Source of the DNA: an uncultured bacterium
GTDB lineage: Bacteria; CSSED10-310; CAZUFC01
Assembly (NCBI GenBank): GCA_964619725.1
Contig: CAZUFC010000006.1
Coordinates: 32,001 to 96,000, forward strand
Length of the DNA stretch: 64,000 nucleotides
Direction: 5' to 3'
Numbering within the stretch: the first letter of the stretch is position 1; each line of letters starts with the position of its first letter. A model generated the notes under the pieces. It saw only the letters and a program-made list of their open reading frames with translations, had not been told where the DNA came from and searched no databases. Positions 49,580-59,699 of the stretch are shown here, one piece after another. Made by a program: the position numbers and the translations under genes.

Positions 49580-52408
49580 TTATTTAAGAAGTGAATCAAC
49601 GAAGTAATCGGAAGCGTAACGTATGCTCATGTCCGGGAATTCCGGTGCGTTGTTCATGGATGCGTCTGCTTTGGTGAAGTGGAAAATCATGAAGTTGCCG
49701 TAGTGTCCGTTTTCGAAAATCGGCAGGACCGTCCACAACCAGTATCCGGGTTCTATCAGGTCCCAACTGGACTGTGAGAGCGGAATTTCAGTAATGAAAT
49801 GAGGTATTTCACCTGAATAAACATCACCGAGGAACTCTCCGTCTTCACCGACCTGTGCCAGTCCTATAAGATAAGCTGCAGCGTTCAAATCCGGGTCCCA
49901 ACTGAAAATAGGCGGTTCTTCCGCTCCAATGACCGAAAAATCTTCCGGCGTTCTCAGGACGACGCAATCGGTCGGCGCCATTGTGAATTCGAACATTTCG
50001 CTGTAATCGGTTATCTCCTGACCGCCGGGATGATCAATGACCGCGACTTCCCACGCAATGGGACCCAGGTCTGAGATGACGTCCCAGGAGGGAAGCGGAA
50101 CAGGATAGACTAATGTAGCCATTCCGAAAACCCAGAAATAGTCGTCGGGCGAAAGGTCCAGAACCGTGGGCGCCGGTATTCCCTCCAAATAGAATTTAAG
50201 GCGGAAACAATTCTGGTGATTGTTGCTCGACCAACTGAATTTAACTGTGCCGTCCTCCAGGTAGTAGTTCATCCATGCGCCGTTGAAAGGATAAATCAAC
50301 GCAGGAGGAGCTGCAGGTCCAGGAGAAGTAAAGAAAGTCCATTCGAATGTGATGCAATTTTCATTATAATCGCAACCATGAACGATTACTATGTTCTCAC
50401 TGTCCGGCGGTAAATCTTCCGGCGGATTGTAAAACACGTGATAACCATGATCGTCGACTTCTTCCATTTCCAGGTTCGTGGCTTCCATCCCGTTAACCGT
50501 CATGACGATGGTTTCAGGATCAACCCCGACGCCTTCATCGATAATCATGAAATCTATCGGGGCATCAACAGGGACATCTGTCTGATTGGGCTCCGGATGA
50601 GGTTCAATAACAGCAGGAGGTTCCGTATCCTCTCCTCCTTCTCCAACGGTAAAGCTCCAGTGGAAAGGTTCCATGCAGTTGCCTGCGTTGTCGCAAGCTT
50701 CCAATCCTACTTCAATGACAGCTCCCAAATCAAACCCGTATTCGTTGTGATGAATTACGCGATATCCCATTTCGCCCAGTTCAAGCAGTTCAATATCAAC
50801 TTCCGCACCATTGACCGACATAACCACCGTGTCAGGATCGACTCCCGATACGCAGCCATATCCGTTTTCCTCGTGAAAATCAACGACATTAACAGCAATG
50901 TCGGCCATAACCGGCACATCTTCCGCTCCGTCCGGCGGCGTTTCAGCAAAAGCATAAGGCGGCCATTCGTCCTGTTGTCCTCCTTCTCCGGTTTTAAACC
51001 AGTATTCAAAGGGTTCCATGCAGTTGCCGGCGTTGTCGCAACCGTTAATGACCACTTCAATAACAGTATCTTCCGGAAACGGTTCATCATGGAAATAGGA
51101 GGCGATGAATCCGTTGCCGAAAGGTTCCAGTTCCAGGGGGACTTCGTTGCCGTTCAATCCAAGAGAAAGGCTGTCCGGATCGACTCCGGAGGCGCCATGG
51201 AGTTCCCATCCTGCGTCCACTATCTTGAAGTGGACCGGTGCATTGACGTCGACATGCGTATGTCCCGGCGGCGGATGAACGAATACAACTTCGGGCGGTA
51301 TCTCGTCCTCCGGCGGCTCATCGTCGGAAACAGTGAACGAAAATGCGAACGTCTCCATGCAGTTGCCGGCATTGTCGCACGCGTTAATGCCTACCCATAT
51401 CGTGCTTCCTGGTTCAAAAGGTTCGTGCTCATATATGATCAGAATCGAACCCATCTGATGCTGCTCTAAGTCAGGATCAACCTGTTCGTCGTTTACGTAT
51501 AACTCAATCGTATCCGGATCGACTCCCGACCATTCGCCGCCCCACACCATGTCGGAAATCAGCGCCATGATGGGATGCCCAGGATTCACGTCTGTCGCTC
51601 CGTCCGGAGGATGCGTCTCCATTACGAACGGAGGCGTCGTGTCGTCGCCGCCGCCTTCATGGATCGAAAACATGAACTCGTAAGTTTCCATGCAGTTCCC
51701 GGCCATATCGCAGGCATTCAGAGCCGCATAAACCGTACTGCCCTCTTCAAAGGGCGCTTCATGTTCGTAAAATACTTCAACGCTGCCATGATAATGTTCA
51801 AAAATTTCAACCTCTACAAGTTCCTCGTTAACAAAAAGCTCAACCGATTCAAGGTCTACGCCGCTCCATTCTCCGCCCCAAACCATGTCGCCGATTATCG
51901 CCGTGATAGGATGATCCGGGGGCACCCCGATTTGTCCGTCTTCGGGATGGGTCTCCAAAACGTACGGTGGAGTCGTATCATCACCGGGACCTCCATTCCC
52001 TACCTCAAACCAGTATTCATAAGGCTCCATGCAGTTGCCCGCATTGTCGCACGCCGAAACCGTCACATAAACCGGTCCCTCTTCAAACGGCTCATGCTCG
52101 TAATAAAGAAACAACGCGCCGAATCCATGTCCCTCCATCCACGGCTCTACTAAAGCCTCATTAATATAAAGCTCCACCGTTTCCGGGTTCACTCCGCTGC
52201 CGGGCTCCCCAGGCATGCTGTCCGATAAAAGCAGCATTACCGGCTCGCCAGGTGAGACTCCCGTCTGCTCAGCCTCCGGAATCGTGTAAACTACAAAAGG
52301 CGGTTCCTGGTCGTCGCCTCCGACTATTACTCCCGCAAACGCATTAACCGCCGTTAACATGATGAGAAGCGCCAGACAACCCAACCCTTTGGTGAAAAAT
52401 TGCTTCAT
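49580..52408 (-). CDS. Secreted highly acidic protein with six Ig-like (Big_5/SbsA-like) repeats
   Basis: D..PP.V....P...V....I...I.D...SGVD...CD.AGNC repeats (sixth diverged); AAGGAGG SD. Confidence 0.8.
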   Translation of the reverse strand: MKQFFTKGLGCLALLIMLTAVNAFAGVIVGGDDQEPPFVVYTIPEAEQTGVSPGEPVMLLLSDSMPGEPGSGVNPETVELYINEALVEPWMEGHGFGALFLYYEHEPFEEGPVYVTVSACDNAGNCMEPYEYWFEVGNGGPGDDTTPPYVLETHPEDGQIGVPPDHPITAIIGDMVWGGEWSGVDLESVELFVNEELVEVEIFEHYHGSVEVFYEHEAPFEEGSTVYAALNACDMAGNCMETYEFMFSIHEGGGDDTTPPFVMETHPPDGATDVNPGHPIMALISDMVWGGEWSGVDPDTIELYVNDEQVDPDLEQHQMGSILIIYEHEPFEPGSTIWVGINACDNAGNCMETFAFSFTVSDDEPPEDEIPPEVVFVHPPPGHTHVDVNAPVHFKIVDAGWELHGASGVDPDSLSLGLNGNEVPLELEPFGNGFIASYFHDEPFPEDTVIEVVINGCDNAGNCMEPFEYWFKTGEGGQQDEWPPYAFAETPPDGAEDVPVMADIAVNVVDFHEENGYGCVSGVDPDTVVMSVNGAEVDIELLELGEMGYRVIHHNEYGFDLGAVIEVGLEACDNAGNCMEPFHWSFTVGEGGEDTEPPAVIEPHPEPNQTDVPVDAPIDFMIIDEGVGVDPETIVMTVNGMEATNLEMEEVDDHGYHVFYNPPEDLPPDSENIVIVHGCDYNENCITFEWTFFTSPGPAAPPALIYPFNGAWMNYYLEDGTVKFSWSSNNHQNCFRLKFYLEGIPAPTVLDLSPDDYFWVFGMATLVYPVPLPSWDVISDLGPIAWEVAVIDHPGGQEITDYSEMFEFTMAPTDCVVLRTPEDFSVIGAEEPPIFSWDPDLNAAAYLIGLAQVGEDGEFLGDVYSGEIPHFITEIPLSQSSWDLIEPGYWLWTVLPIFENGHYGNFMIFHFTKADASMNNAPEFPDMSIRYASDYFVDSLLK

Positions 52409-52586
52409 TCTTTAACCTCCTTAATCGACATTTACTTTACCCCATTTTCATTATTATGAAAAACTTTCAAAAAAATCAAATCGCTGACTAAATAGCCCCT
52501 TACCCTATCCGATTCGTTTCCCGCAGTGATCTTTTTCTTGCTTGCATCACTCTCCTTTCTGTTTAAGATGTCGAAGACGGTTCTCA

Positions 52587-53678
52587 CTATTCATCCTCCG
52601 ACTTTCGAAATTGTCTCAACATATAAGATGAAAATTCCCCATCCATTCGCATTGAAATTACTGTCCATACCCATCTGCCCTCTGCTATTCCGCTCCAGTT
52701 CTGTATCGAGACAGGCAGTTCCGTTACGAATAAAGGCAGCATCGCCGAATAACTATTTCCCGTGAAGTCGCCGTTCTCATCTACCTGCGCCAGAGCGAAA
52801 ATATAACCCAAACTCCGGTTGTCTATCTCCCACCGGAACGTCGGCGCCTGACGGCTTGACAATAAAGCCCCGTCAGCCGGCAATATCAACGTTACAGCAT
52901 CGGTAGCCGCAAATACGAAATCCTGTTCCTCGGAATAAGGCTGCTGACTTTCGCCGCTTGCACAATCTGCAGACGTCACTCGCCAACTGTATCCCATCTC
53001 GTTCGTCAATTCGTTCCAGGTCGCCTCGCACAATCCGCCCACTTCAATCGTACATATCCCGAATGCTTCGTCATAATCCTCCTGTCCGATATCCCATAAA
53101 TATTCCATCTCACTCGCCTTATCAAGTAAAGACATTCGATAACACTCGCTCAACTTCGATTCCGTCCAACTGAACCTGATCACTCCCAATGCCGTACTAT
53201 AATCTATCCATGTTCCCTCCGTCGGAAAAATCGGCACCAACGCATAATCAGACTTCGAATCCGATATTCGAAACTTCCAACCGTCCATCATTAAATTGCC
53301 GGCATTGTCCGCCGCCGTCGTGCTTATCTCTATCCATTCCCCGCTTTCAAAATCCTCCGGCGGCTCATACACTATCTTCGCCTCACTGAAATCTTCCGAC
53401 ATCTCAATTATCGGCTCCACTACCGTCTCCTCTATCTCGATGTATATGCTCTCAGCATTCAATCCCTGACCGTCGTCAACTATCAATACCGTTATCGACG
53501 TATGAGGCGATATGTCCTCCGATTCCGGGGGAGGCAACGGCGATGCAAGATAAGGGGGAGCCTGATCCCTTCCCTGTACCGTCGCAGCTATGATAAAAAT
53601 GAAAAATAAAACGACAGCAAAAACTCCTGGCTGCCTGTGACTTCTTTTGATCTTCTGTTTTGTTTTTTCAGGATTCAT
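52587..53678 (-). CDS. Short paralogue of 49580-52408 (one Ig-like repeat plus shared C-terminal region)
   Basis: DQAPP...IVDDG.G...ADNAGN; C-terminal about 225 aa aligns by eye with the neighbour. Confidence 0.75.
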   Translation of the reverse strand: MNPEKTKQKIKRSHRQPGVFAVVLFFIFIIAATVQGRDQAPPYLASPLPPPESEDISPHTSITVLIVDDGQGLNAESIYIEIEETVVEPIIEMSEDFSEAKIVYEPPEDFESGEWIEISTTAADNAGNLMMDGWKFRISDSKSDYALVPIFPTEGTWIDYSTALGVIRFSWTESKLSECYRMSLLDKASEMEYLWDIGQEDYDEAFGICTIEVGGLCEATWNELTNEMGYSWRVTSADCASGESQQPYSEEQDFVFAATDAVTLILPADGALLSSRQAPTFRWEIDNRSLGYIFALAQVDENGDFTGNSYSAMLPLFVTELPVSIQNWSGIAEGRWVWTVISMRMDGEFSSYMLRQFRKSEDE

Positions 53679-53939
53679 ATTCTCATCCTTTCCCGGCTAT
53701 TCAAGTAGCAATTCGCATGCCGGCCCTTGTCTTACCTTGATTGAAGAACCGTCTCTTTTGTTGATGCTCTGTTTTTTTCGATTAAGCCTCTTGTTTTGTA
53801 AATATTTCGAACTTTCTTTTTCGCTATGATGACAAAAGGGCGCATAAGCCGTATAATAAACGTTCAAATGTTTTATTATTCTTTTATTTTATTTGTTTTA
53901 AGCATGACAATAAGCGTATAAAAAGCGAACTTTCTTTCG

Positions 53940-56900
53940 TTAATCCGAAATTAAAGCTTGAAATAAGGGAGGGACGGGGAGTTTATTCTTCAATGAAGTC
54001 AATTTGATCAGTCGGAGATCATCCTGATCGATCATACGTTTGATATAACCTTTTTTGTGTTTTGATTTTTTGATATTTTCGACGGCGGAATCCATTAATT
54101 TTATTGTTTTTTGAAGGAGGAGAAGGGCATCCTTCCAATTTTTTCTATCAGCGGCGAGTCTGAAGAGTTCCATAGAAATATCGGATTGAAGAGCGGCGAG
54201 ATTTTTATTTTCAGCTTGAGTGAGAGCGTGATTAAGGACGGGTAGGGCTTTTTGTATTCGGTTAGTTTTTCTGTAGAGTTTTCCGAGTGAAAAGAGAAAT
54301 TTCAACTGATCGTGGAGTGGGTATTTGTTAGAATCGAAAGCTTTTTTATTTTCAAGGAGGATTTTTTCAGCTTCATGAAATTTTTTCATATCGATAAGGA
54401 GTCTGGAGCGGTGGATATTCATGAGTGCGGCGCGAGCGGTCATATTTTTTTTGAGGAATAAGTCGACCATATTTTTCATGATGATTTCAGCCTGTTCGAT
54501 ATTTTGTTGTTCCATGAGGAGAAGGAGTCTGATTTTCATGAAGTCTTCGGTATTTTTTTCTTGAGGTTTAAGGATATTGGAGTGTTGCTGTAGGAGCGAT
54601 TCGACTTGTTGAGTATCTCCGAATTGAATAAGGCAATCCGACATGCCGGAGATAATGGAGGGATTAAGGAAGCTTTTACCGAGGTATAGAGTAGTATTGA
54701 AGGCTTCACGGAAGCGATCCAGGGCCAGTTGGATATTACCGAGGATAAGATTGAGTTTGCCCAGGTTTCTGAGCACGGCGATCTGACCTCTTCTGTCGCC
54801 GATTTTTTTTCTGATTTTCAGGGCTTTGATGAAGGTGTTTCTGGCTTGCCGATAATCGCCGGCGTTCATTTGAGCGCCGCCGAGGTTATTAAGGACATAA
54901 GCGGCGCCGTGGAGATCATCGGATGATTCCATGATGTCTGCGGCTTTTTGGAAGAGATTTTTAGCTTTGTCGGTCTGTTGAGAATAGAAGTAAATATTTC
55001 CTATATTATTAATGCTGAAGGCTTCGCCTCTGGAGTTTTCGGCCATTGCGAACATTCGTTGTGCGTCATGGTATGCCTTCAGGGCTTCGTTCTGTTTACC
55101 CAGCGTTTGATAGACGGCTCCCAGTCCGTTAAAGCTGCGCGCTTCACCGGCAAGGTTTTCAGCGTTACGATGAATTTGAGCGGCTTTTTGAAAGGCTTCG
55201 GCCGCCTGATTGGTTTTCTTTTGCCTGTAGTACATTTCTCCTAATTTTTGAGTAAGAAGAGCGGTTTCATCGTAGTTTTGGGTTTGTTCGGCAATCTGAA
55301 GAGCGTTTTTCCATTGCCGTTCAGCCGAGTCATATTCGCCCAATTGGAAGTAAATACTGCCGGTGTTTTTTAGAATTCGTCGCCGGATATTCAGTTTCTT
55401 CTGATTTTTTTTTTGCAGTATTTTTTCGCTGAAGCGTGTTCTGATGAGGTTCAGCGGCGGCGTTTCCGCAGTGAGCAGGATGCCGGAGGATGCAGCGGGT
55501 TCGATTTTCTTTTGAAGCAAGGCGTTGTCGTTTATTTCAAGGGCTTCCTGATAGAATTTCAAGGCTTCTTCATGAGAAAACTGTTTCAAGCGATTTTCTG
55601 CGGCTTTAATGAAAAAAGGAAGGGCTTTGCGAGGCATGCCGGCATTCCGGTAATGGCGCGCTTTCTGATCTGCGGAAGCGGCAGTGTTGAAGTGGGTTTC
55701 TGCGATCAATGTTTCTGCGGCTTTTCGATGTAAATTACGTTTAATGACCGGGTCCATATCGGCGATGATCCGATCTGAGACGGCGGCATCGGATAAAGTC
55801 AACAAGGAGGATGAGCTGCCGGCGTAGTCGATGTAATCATTATCCCAGAGTTCATTCAAGGCATCATAGAGTTTGTTTTCGTTCAATCCGGAAATCGATT
55901 TCAGGGCTGACAGGGGAATGCCTGCGCCCCAGACTGCGAAACCGCGAAGCGCCCATCTTGCCTCGGAGCTGAGCAAACCCTGCAAAGCATAGATTTCCAT
56001 CTCCTCTCGCTCCGGCATGTCAGCCTCTGCAGCTGATTGATCCAGTGACTCCAGGCTGAATTCGCCCCGTGAACTTCTCCAGCGCCACTCATTCCCTTTT
56101 TTCTGAATGATCCGCATAGCGATAAGGTTTCTCAGAATCCGTAAAGCTTTCTTAGGAATTCCTCGGCTTCTTTCGTAAATAAAGCGGCTCAATCCCGGCA
56201 AGGCATTTCGAATACCCATTACATGTTTTATAAGCCTTTCCGTCGCATTTATGTCGAAAGCTTTCAATTCAATAACTTCCGCGTCATTATTTTTCATCAT
56301 AATTTCGACGTTCTTCTTCAGAGCAGCCGGACTCTTTTCCTGGTTGTATGAAGAGACAATCAGGAAAGCTATATCGGACGGCAGATATTTTCCGCCTTCC
56401 CGGCGGGTATAAATCAGTCGTTCGGCAGCGTTTTTAATCATCTCACGGAACAACGCATGCGACAGATGAAGATTGTCCAATATGATCAGAAGCGGTTTAA
56501 TTTTGATAAGATGAAAAAGCAATTCCTTGAAAGAATCGAAGAGAGAATATTTTTCCGTTATATTTCCGGCATCGTCCATATCGGGTATCATGGATGAGCG
56601 GCCCTTCAAAAAATCAAACGTCCGTTTCAACTCGCTTTCTTCAGACAGCAGCTCCTTGAAGGAAAATTCCATCTTTTCCAACAAAGCCTGAAGAAGGCTT
56701 AAAGGCGAATCACGCGAAATCAGGGCATCGACTTTTATGACGTTGACCGTCGCATCGAACGCCATGGTTTCCAATTCTTTCAAGATGCGGGTTTTACCTG
56801 AACCTGAAGCTCCTTTCAGCCAGATGGCGCCGCCCTTGGAGCTTTTCAGATTAACGAGTTTCTCCTTCATCCTGGAAATCAAATTGTCGTTGTCAATGTA

Positions 56901-57785
56901 GGGGGCTTGCAAGAGACTGAGTTCGAGCGCTTCCCGCCGAACCGGGACCTGCGTTATTTTTCCGAAACGTTTATGAATTTCTTCCGCCAATTCTGCAGCG
57001 GATTGGAACCTTCCTTGAGGATTCCTGGCCGTCAATTTTGTACAAATGTCATTCCATTCATTCCACTCAGAACCCATGACGTCAGAGAGCGCAATCAAAT
57101 CACCTGTCAGATGGGAACGGATAACGGAATGCAAGCTTTCATCGTGAAAGGGCAGGCGCCCGGTAACGGCTTCAAAAAGAGTAATGCCCAGGGAGTAGAG
57201 ATCGCAACGTCTGTCCAGGGGGCGTTCTTCCAGTTGTTCCGGCGCCATGTAGGCGGGAGAGCCTGCGATGACGTTCGTTTGGGCTGCGAAACCGGCGGAA
57301 GGGGCTGCAGCGATGAGTCCGAAGTCCATAAGGCGAATGGCATCGTCTTTTTTCAGCGCCATAATATTCGAGGGTTTAATGTCCCGGTGAACGATGCGTC
57401 GGGAATGGATGTAGTTCAAAGAATCGGCTACATCGGCCAGCAATTGAGCCAACAGAGCGAAAAATTCTGTCAAAGCCGATGCGCCTTTTCTGCGGAATTT
57501 TTCGAATCTGTCTTTAAAATCCCGACCTTCCAGAAAATCCATAACGAAAAAAGGTCTGGATTCATGTATGCCCCATTCTTTAACTTTAACAATGGAGGGA
57601 TGGCCCAGCTTCAAGAGGGCCCGAAATTCGCGCCTGACGCGGGGAAGTTCTTCCACATAACTTTCATCAAAAAGTTTCAGGGCAAAAATATCGTTATTGT
57701 CATCCTGTGCTTTGTAAACCGATGCAAAAGAACCTTTGCCGATGAATTTTAAAATTCTGTATTTGCCTATCCGTTTTGGAGTCAT
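53940..57785 (-). CDS. Ser/Thr kinase - P-loop (AAA16/STAND-like) ATPase - TPR protein
   Basis: IGKGSFASVY, ALK, HRDIKPSN, DFG, YMAPE; GASGSGKT, IILDNLH; TPR array. Confidence 0.92.
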   Translation of the reverse strand: MTPKRIGKYRILKFIGKGSFASVYKAQDDNNDIFALKLFDESYVEELPRVRREFRALLKLGHPSIVKVKEWGIHESRPFFVMDFLEGRDFKDRFEKFRRKGASALTEFFALLAQLLADVADSLNYIHSRRIVHRDIKPSNIMALKKDDAIRLMDFGLIAAAPSAGFAAQTNVIAGSPAYMAPEQLEERPLDRRCDLYSLGITLFEAVTGRLPFHDESLHSVIRSHLTGDLIALSDVMGSEWNEWNDICTKLTARNPQGRFQSAAELAEEIHKRFGKITQVPVRREALELSLLQAPYIDNDNLISRMKEKLVNLKSSKGGAIWLKGASGSGKTRILKELETMAFDATVNVIKVDALISRDSPLSLLQALLEKMEFSFKELLSEESELKRTFDFLKGRSSMIPDMDDAGNITEKYSLFDSFKELLFHLIKIKPLLIILDNLHLSHALFREMIKNAAERLIYTRREGGKYLPSDIAFLIVSSYNQEKSPAALKKNVEIMMKNNDAEVIELKAFDINATERLIKHVMGIRNALPGLSRFIYERSRGIPKKALRILRNLIAMRIIQKKGNEWRWRSSRGEFSLESLDQSAAEADMPEREEMEIYALQGLLSSEARWALRGFAVWGAGIPLSALKSISGLNENKLYDALNELWDNDYIDYAGSSSSLLTLSDAAVSDRIIADMDPVIKRNLHRKAAETLIAETHFNTAASADQKARHYRNAGMPRKALPFFIKAAENRLKQFSHEEALKFYQEALEINDNALLQKKIEPAASSGILLTAETPPLNLIRTRFSEKILQKKNQKKLNIRRRILKNTGSIYFQLGEYDSAERQWKNALQIAEQTQNYDETALLTQKLGEMYYRQKKTNQAAEAFQKAAQIHRNAENLAGEARSFNGLGAVYQTLGKQNEALKAYHDAQRMFAMAENSRGEAFSINNIGNIYFYSQQTDKAKNLFQKAADIMESSDDLHGAAYVLNNLGGAQMNAGDYRQARNTFIKALKIRKKIGDRRGQIAVLRNLGKLNLILGNIQLALDRFREAFNTTLYLGKSFLNPSIISGMSDCLIQFGDTQQVESLLQQHSNILKPQEKNTEDFMKIRLLLLMEQQNIEQAEIIMKNMVDLFLKKNMTARAALMNIHRSRLLIDMKKFHEAEKILLENKKAFDSNKYPLHDQLKFLFSLGKLYRKTNRIQKALPVLNHALTQAENKNLAALQSDISMELFRLAADRKNWKDALLLLQKTIKLMDSAVENIKKSKHKKGYIKRMIDQDDLRLIKLTSLKNKLPVPPLFQALISD

Positions 57786-58741
57786 GAAAATCTGACGTTT
57801 CCGCCGACCTTTTTCAAACGTTCCATCACTTCCAAGGGCGTTTCCGATCGTTCTGCCGCATCCAGCGTCTGAACGACGGCACGCCATGAGCTCTCCGGCA
57901 ATACTATACCATTTTTCAGCGACAAAACGAAACGTCGGACGCCTGCGGTCGCATTACTCACTGCGACAGCGAGGCCTCCTGCGGCATCGACCGCGGAAAA
58001 CATCATCTGATCTGTTCCCGAATCTCCGACGGCGATGCAGGATTCCAGGGTTATCCCGTATGTCGAAGCCGCCAACGCCAAACCGATCGCTTTGGATATC
58101 GGAAAGGGCAGAAAATCGATCGATGTTTTCGAACGAAAAATAAAAAAATCGCAGGGAAATGACCGGATTTCTTTTTTAATTTTTTTCTGTTCGCCTTGAC
58201 CGATCATTTCAGCGATACGGTTCGTAGCTTGATAAGACAGCGGCTCTTCTCCGGTAAGAACAGAACGGTTCATTTTTTTCAAACGGTCTACAGCGACGCC
58301 ATACAATCTATCCATCGCTTCAGGGCAATCGACTCCGCACGATACGGAATATTCCTTCCCCCGTTCGATCTGCAACGCTGGAAAATCCTTTTTCAACGAG
58401 CGCACAAAAGCATTAAGCGCCCTCACCCTATTTTTAAGTCCCCATTTTTCCGCTGTATCCGCGTATTCTCTTTCTGCCCAGGACCTGTATCGAAATAAAA
58501 CGGCTCCATTTTCACAAACGTGCACTGCAGGTTTTTCCGTTTGAGTCCATCCCCAGGCTTCCGCGAATGCTTCCACATACGCCGCGGGTTTGCCCGTGGT
58601 TAAAATAGGAAGACAATACGATTTTTTCTTCAGGAGTCCGGGAATTCGCTTTTGAAACATCCCCGTCGCTTTCTGATTGAAAGGAGCGCTTTTAGGTCCG
58701 TAAAGGGTTCCGTCAATGTCTATGCCTATCAATAAAGCCAT
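57782..58741 (-). CDS. HAD-superfamily (Cof/IIB-like) phosphatase
   Basis: DIDGTL, TTGK, CENGA, SKA.GL, GDSGTD, SNA. Confidence 0.88.
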   Translation of the reverse strand: MALLIGIDIDGTLYGPKSAPFNQKATGMFQKRIPGLLKKKSYCLPILTTGKPAAYVEAFAEAWGWTQTEKPAVHVCENGAVLFRYRSWAEREYADTAEKWGLKNRVRALNAFVRSLKKDFPALQIERGKEYSVSCGVDCPEAMDRLYGVAVDRLKKMNRSVLTGEEPLSYQATNRIAEMIGQGEQKKIKKEIRSFPCDFFIFRSKTSIDFLPFPISKAIGLALAASTYGITLESCIAVGDSGTDQMMFSAVDAAGGLAVAVSNATAGVRRFVLSLKNGIVLPESSWRAVVQTLDAAERSETPLEVMERLKKVGGNVRFS

Positions 58742-58843
58742 AACGAGAACCTTAAAAGAGTGATGAAATGTTCATGAAAAATTCAGGAAATGAACCGCCC
58801 AAAACGCCTCGATTTGTATCTCCGCCGCTGCTTATATCCCGGT

Positions 58844-59686
58844 TCATGCTTTTGACAGCTTCTCAGGATTGAATTCCTTAACGCGGAATAAGACGAGTGC
58901 GCCGAACAAAAAGAACAAGCCGCTTAAAATCAAAACCGAGAGCGCCGCTAAAGTTGAAGCAGGTTCATGTACTATCTGGAACATTTTTTCAGCGGTCTTG
59001 GGAGGTATAGGCATAATGGATTGCAGATAATGAAGGACAGTCAGCTTATGAACGGTCCCCGGAACGTAAGATACGATCTTTTCCCATCCGAAAATAAAAA
59101 CCAGGCCGATGAACATCGAACGTCGCGTAATCTGAGACAGCAGTAAAAACAAGGAACCGTAGCTCCAAAGTCCTAATGCGACAATTACGACGTCTTTCCA
59201 GAGATAGCCCTGATAGTTCCAGCACTTGCTGATGCTTTCCGGCACGAAAAACGCCAGATAAGTCAGAATTAACGACAGATTTACAAGAATAACGACTCCC
59301 GTGAAGAATCCCAGGTGTTTTCCTGTAACGATAGCGTTTTTGTCTATCGGCCTTATCAAGAGATAAGGAAGCGTTTTACCTTCTATTTCCTCAGAGAGCA
59401 CAGAATTAGCCAGAGAGAGGGCGCTGAGGGGGACAAACAGATAGAGGAATCCGAACTCAAAGAAAATCCGAAAGTACTGGAAATTAGTTTTCTCAACATT
59501 AAGACCGAGTTCAGAGATTACATTGATCGCAGCGGCTCCGATAACGGGTAGAATCAGCAATAAAGCCGTTTTTCTGTTTCGGGGATTGGAGAGCGTATGG
59601 ATAATGTTGTAACGCGCTATAATCCAGATGGGGCGGAAAAAAGTCTCCCAAAGGTTCAGTTTGGTGATATCGGTTTCTTTGAGCAT
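58844..59686 (-). CDS. ABC-2 type permease
   Basis: EEIEGKTLPYLLIRP...GK; about 6 TM segments. Confidence 0.85.
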   Translation of the reverse strand: MLKETDITKLNLWETFFRPIWIIARYNIIHTLSNPRNRKTALLLILPVIGAAAINVISELGLNVEKTNFQYFRIFFEFGFLYLFVPLSALSLANSVLSEEIEGKTLPYLLIRPIDKNAIVTGKHLGFFTGVVILVNLSLILTYLAFFVPESISKCWNYQGYLWKDVVIVALGLWSYGSLFLLLSQITRRSMFIGLVFIFGWEKIVSYVPGTVHKLTVLHYLQSIMPIPPKTAEKMFQIVHEPASTLAALSVLILSGLFFLFGALVLFRVKEFNPEKLSKA

Positions 59687-59699
59687 GACCAAGGTCCTT

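Noticed and set aside
50438-52153. Long + strand ORFs (343 and 192 aa)
   Set aside because: Antisense shadows of the Ig-repeat gene caused by its biased composition
56907-57752. 281-aa + strand ORF
   Set aside because: Antisense to the kinase domain; no independent evidence
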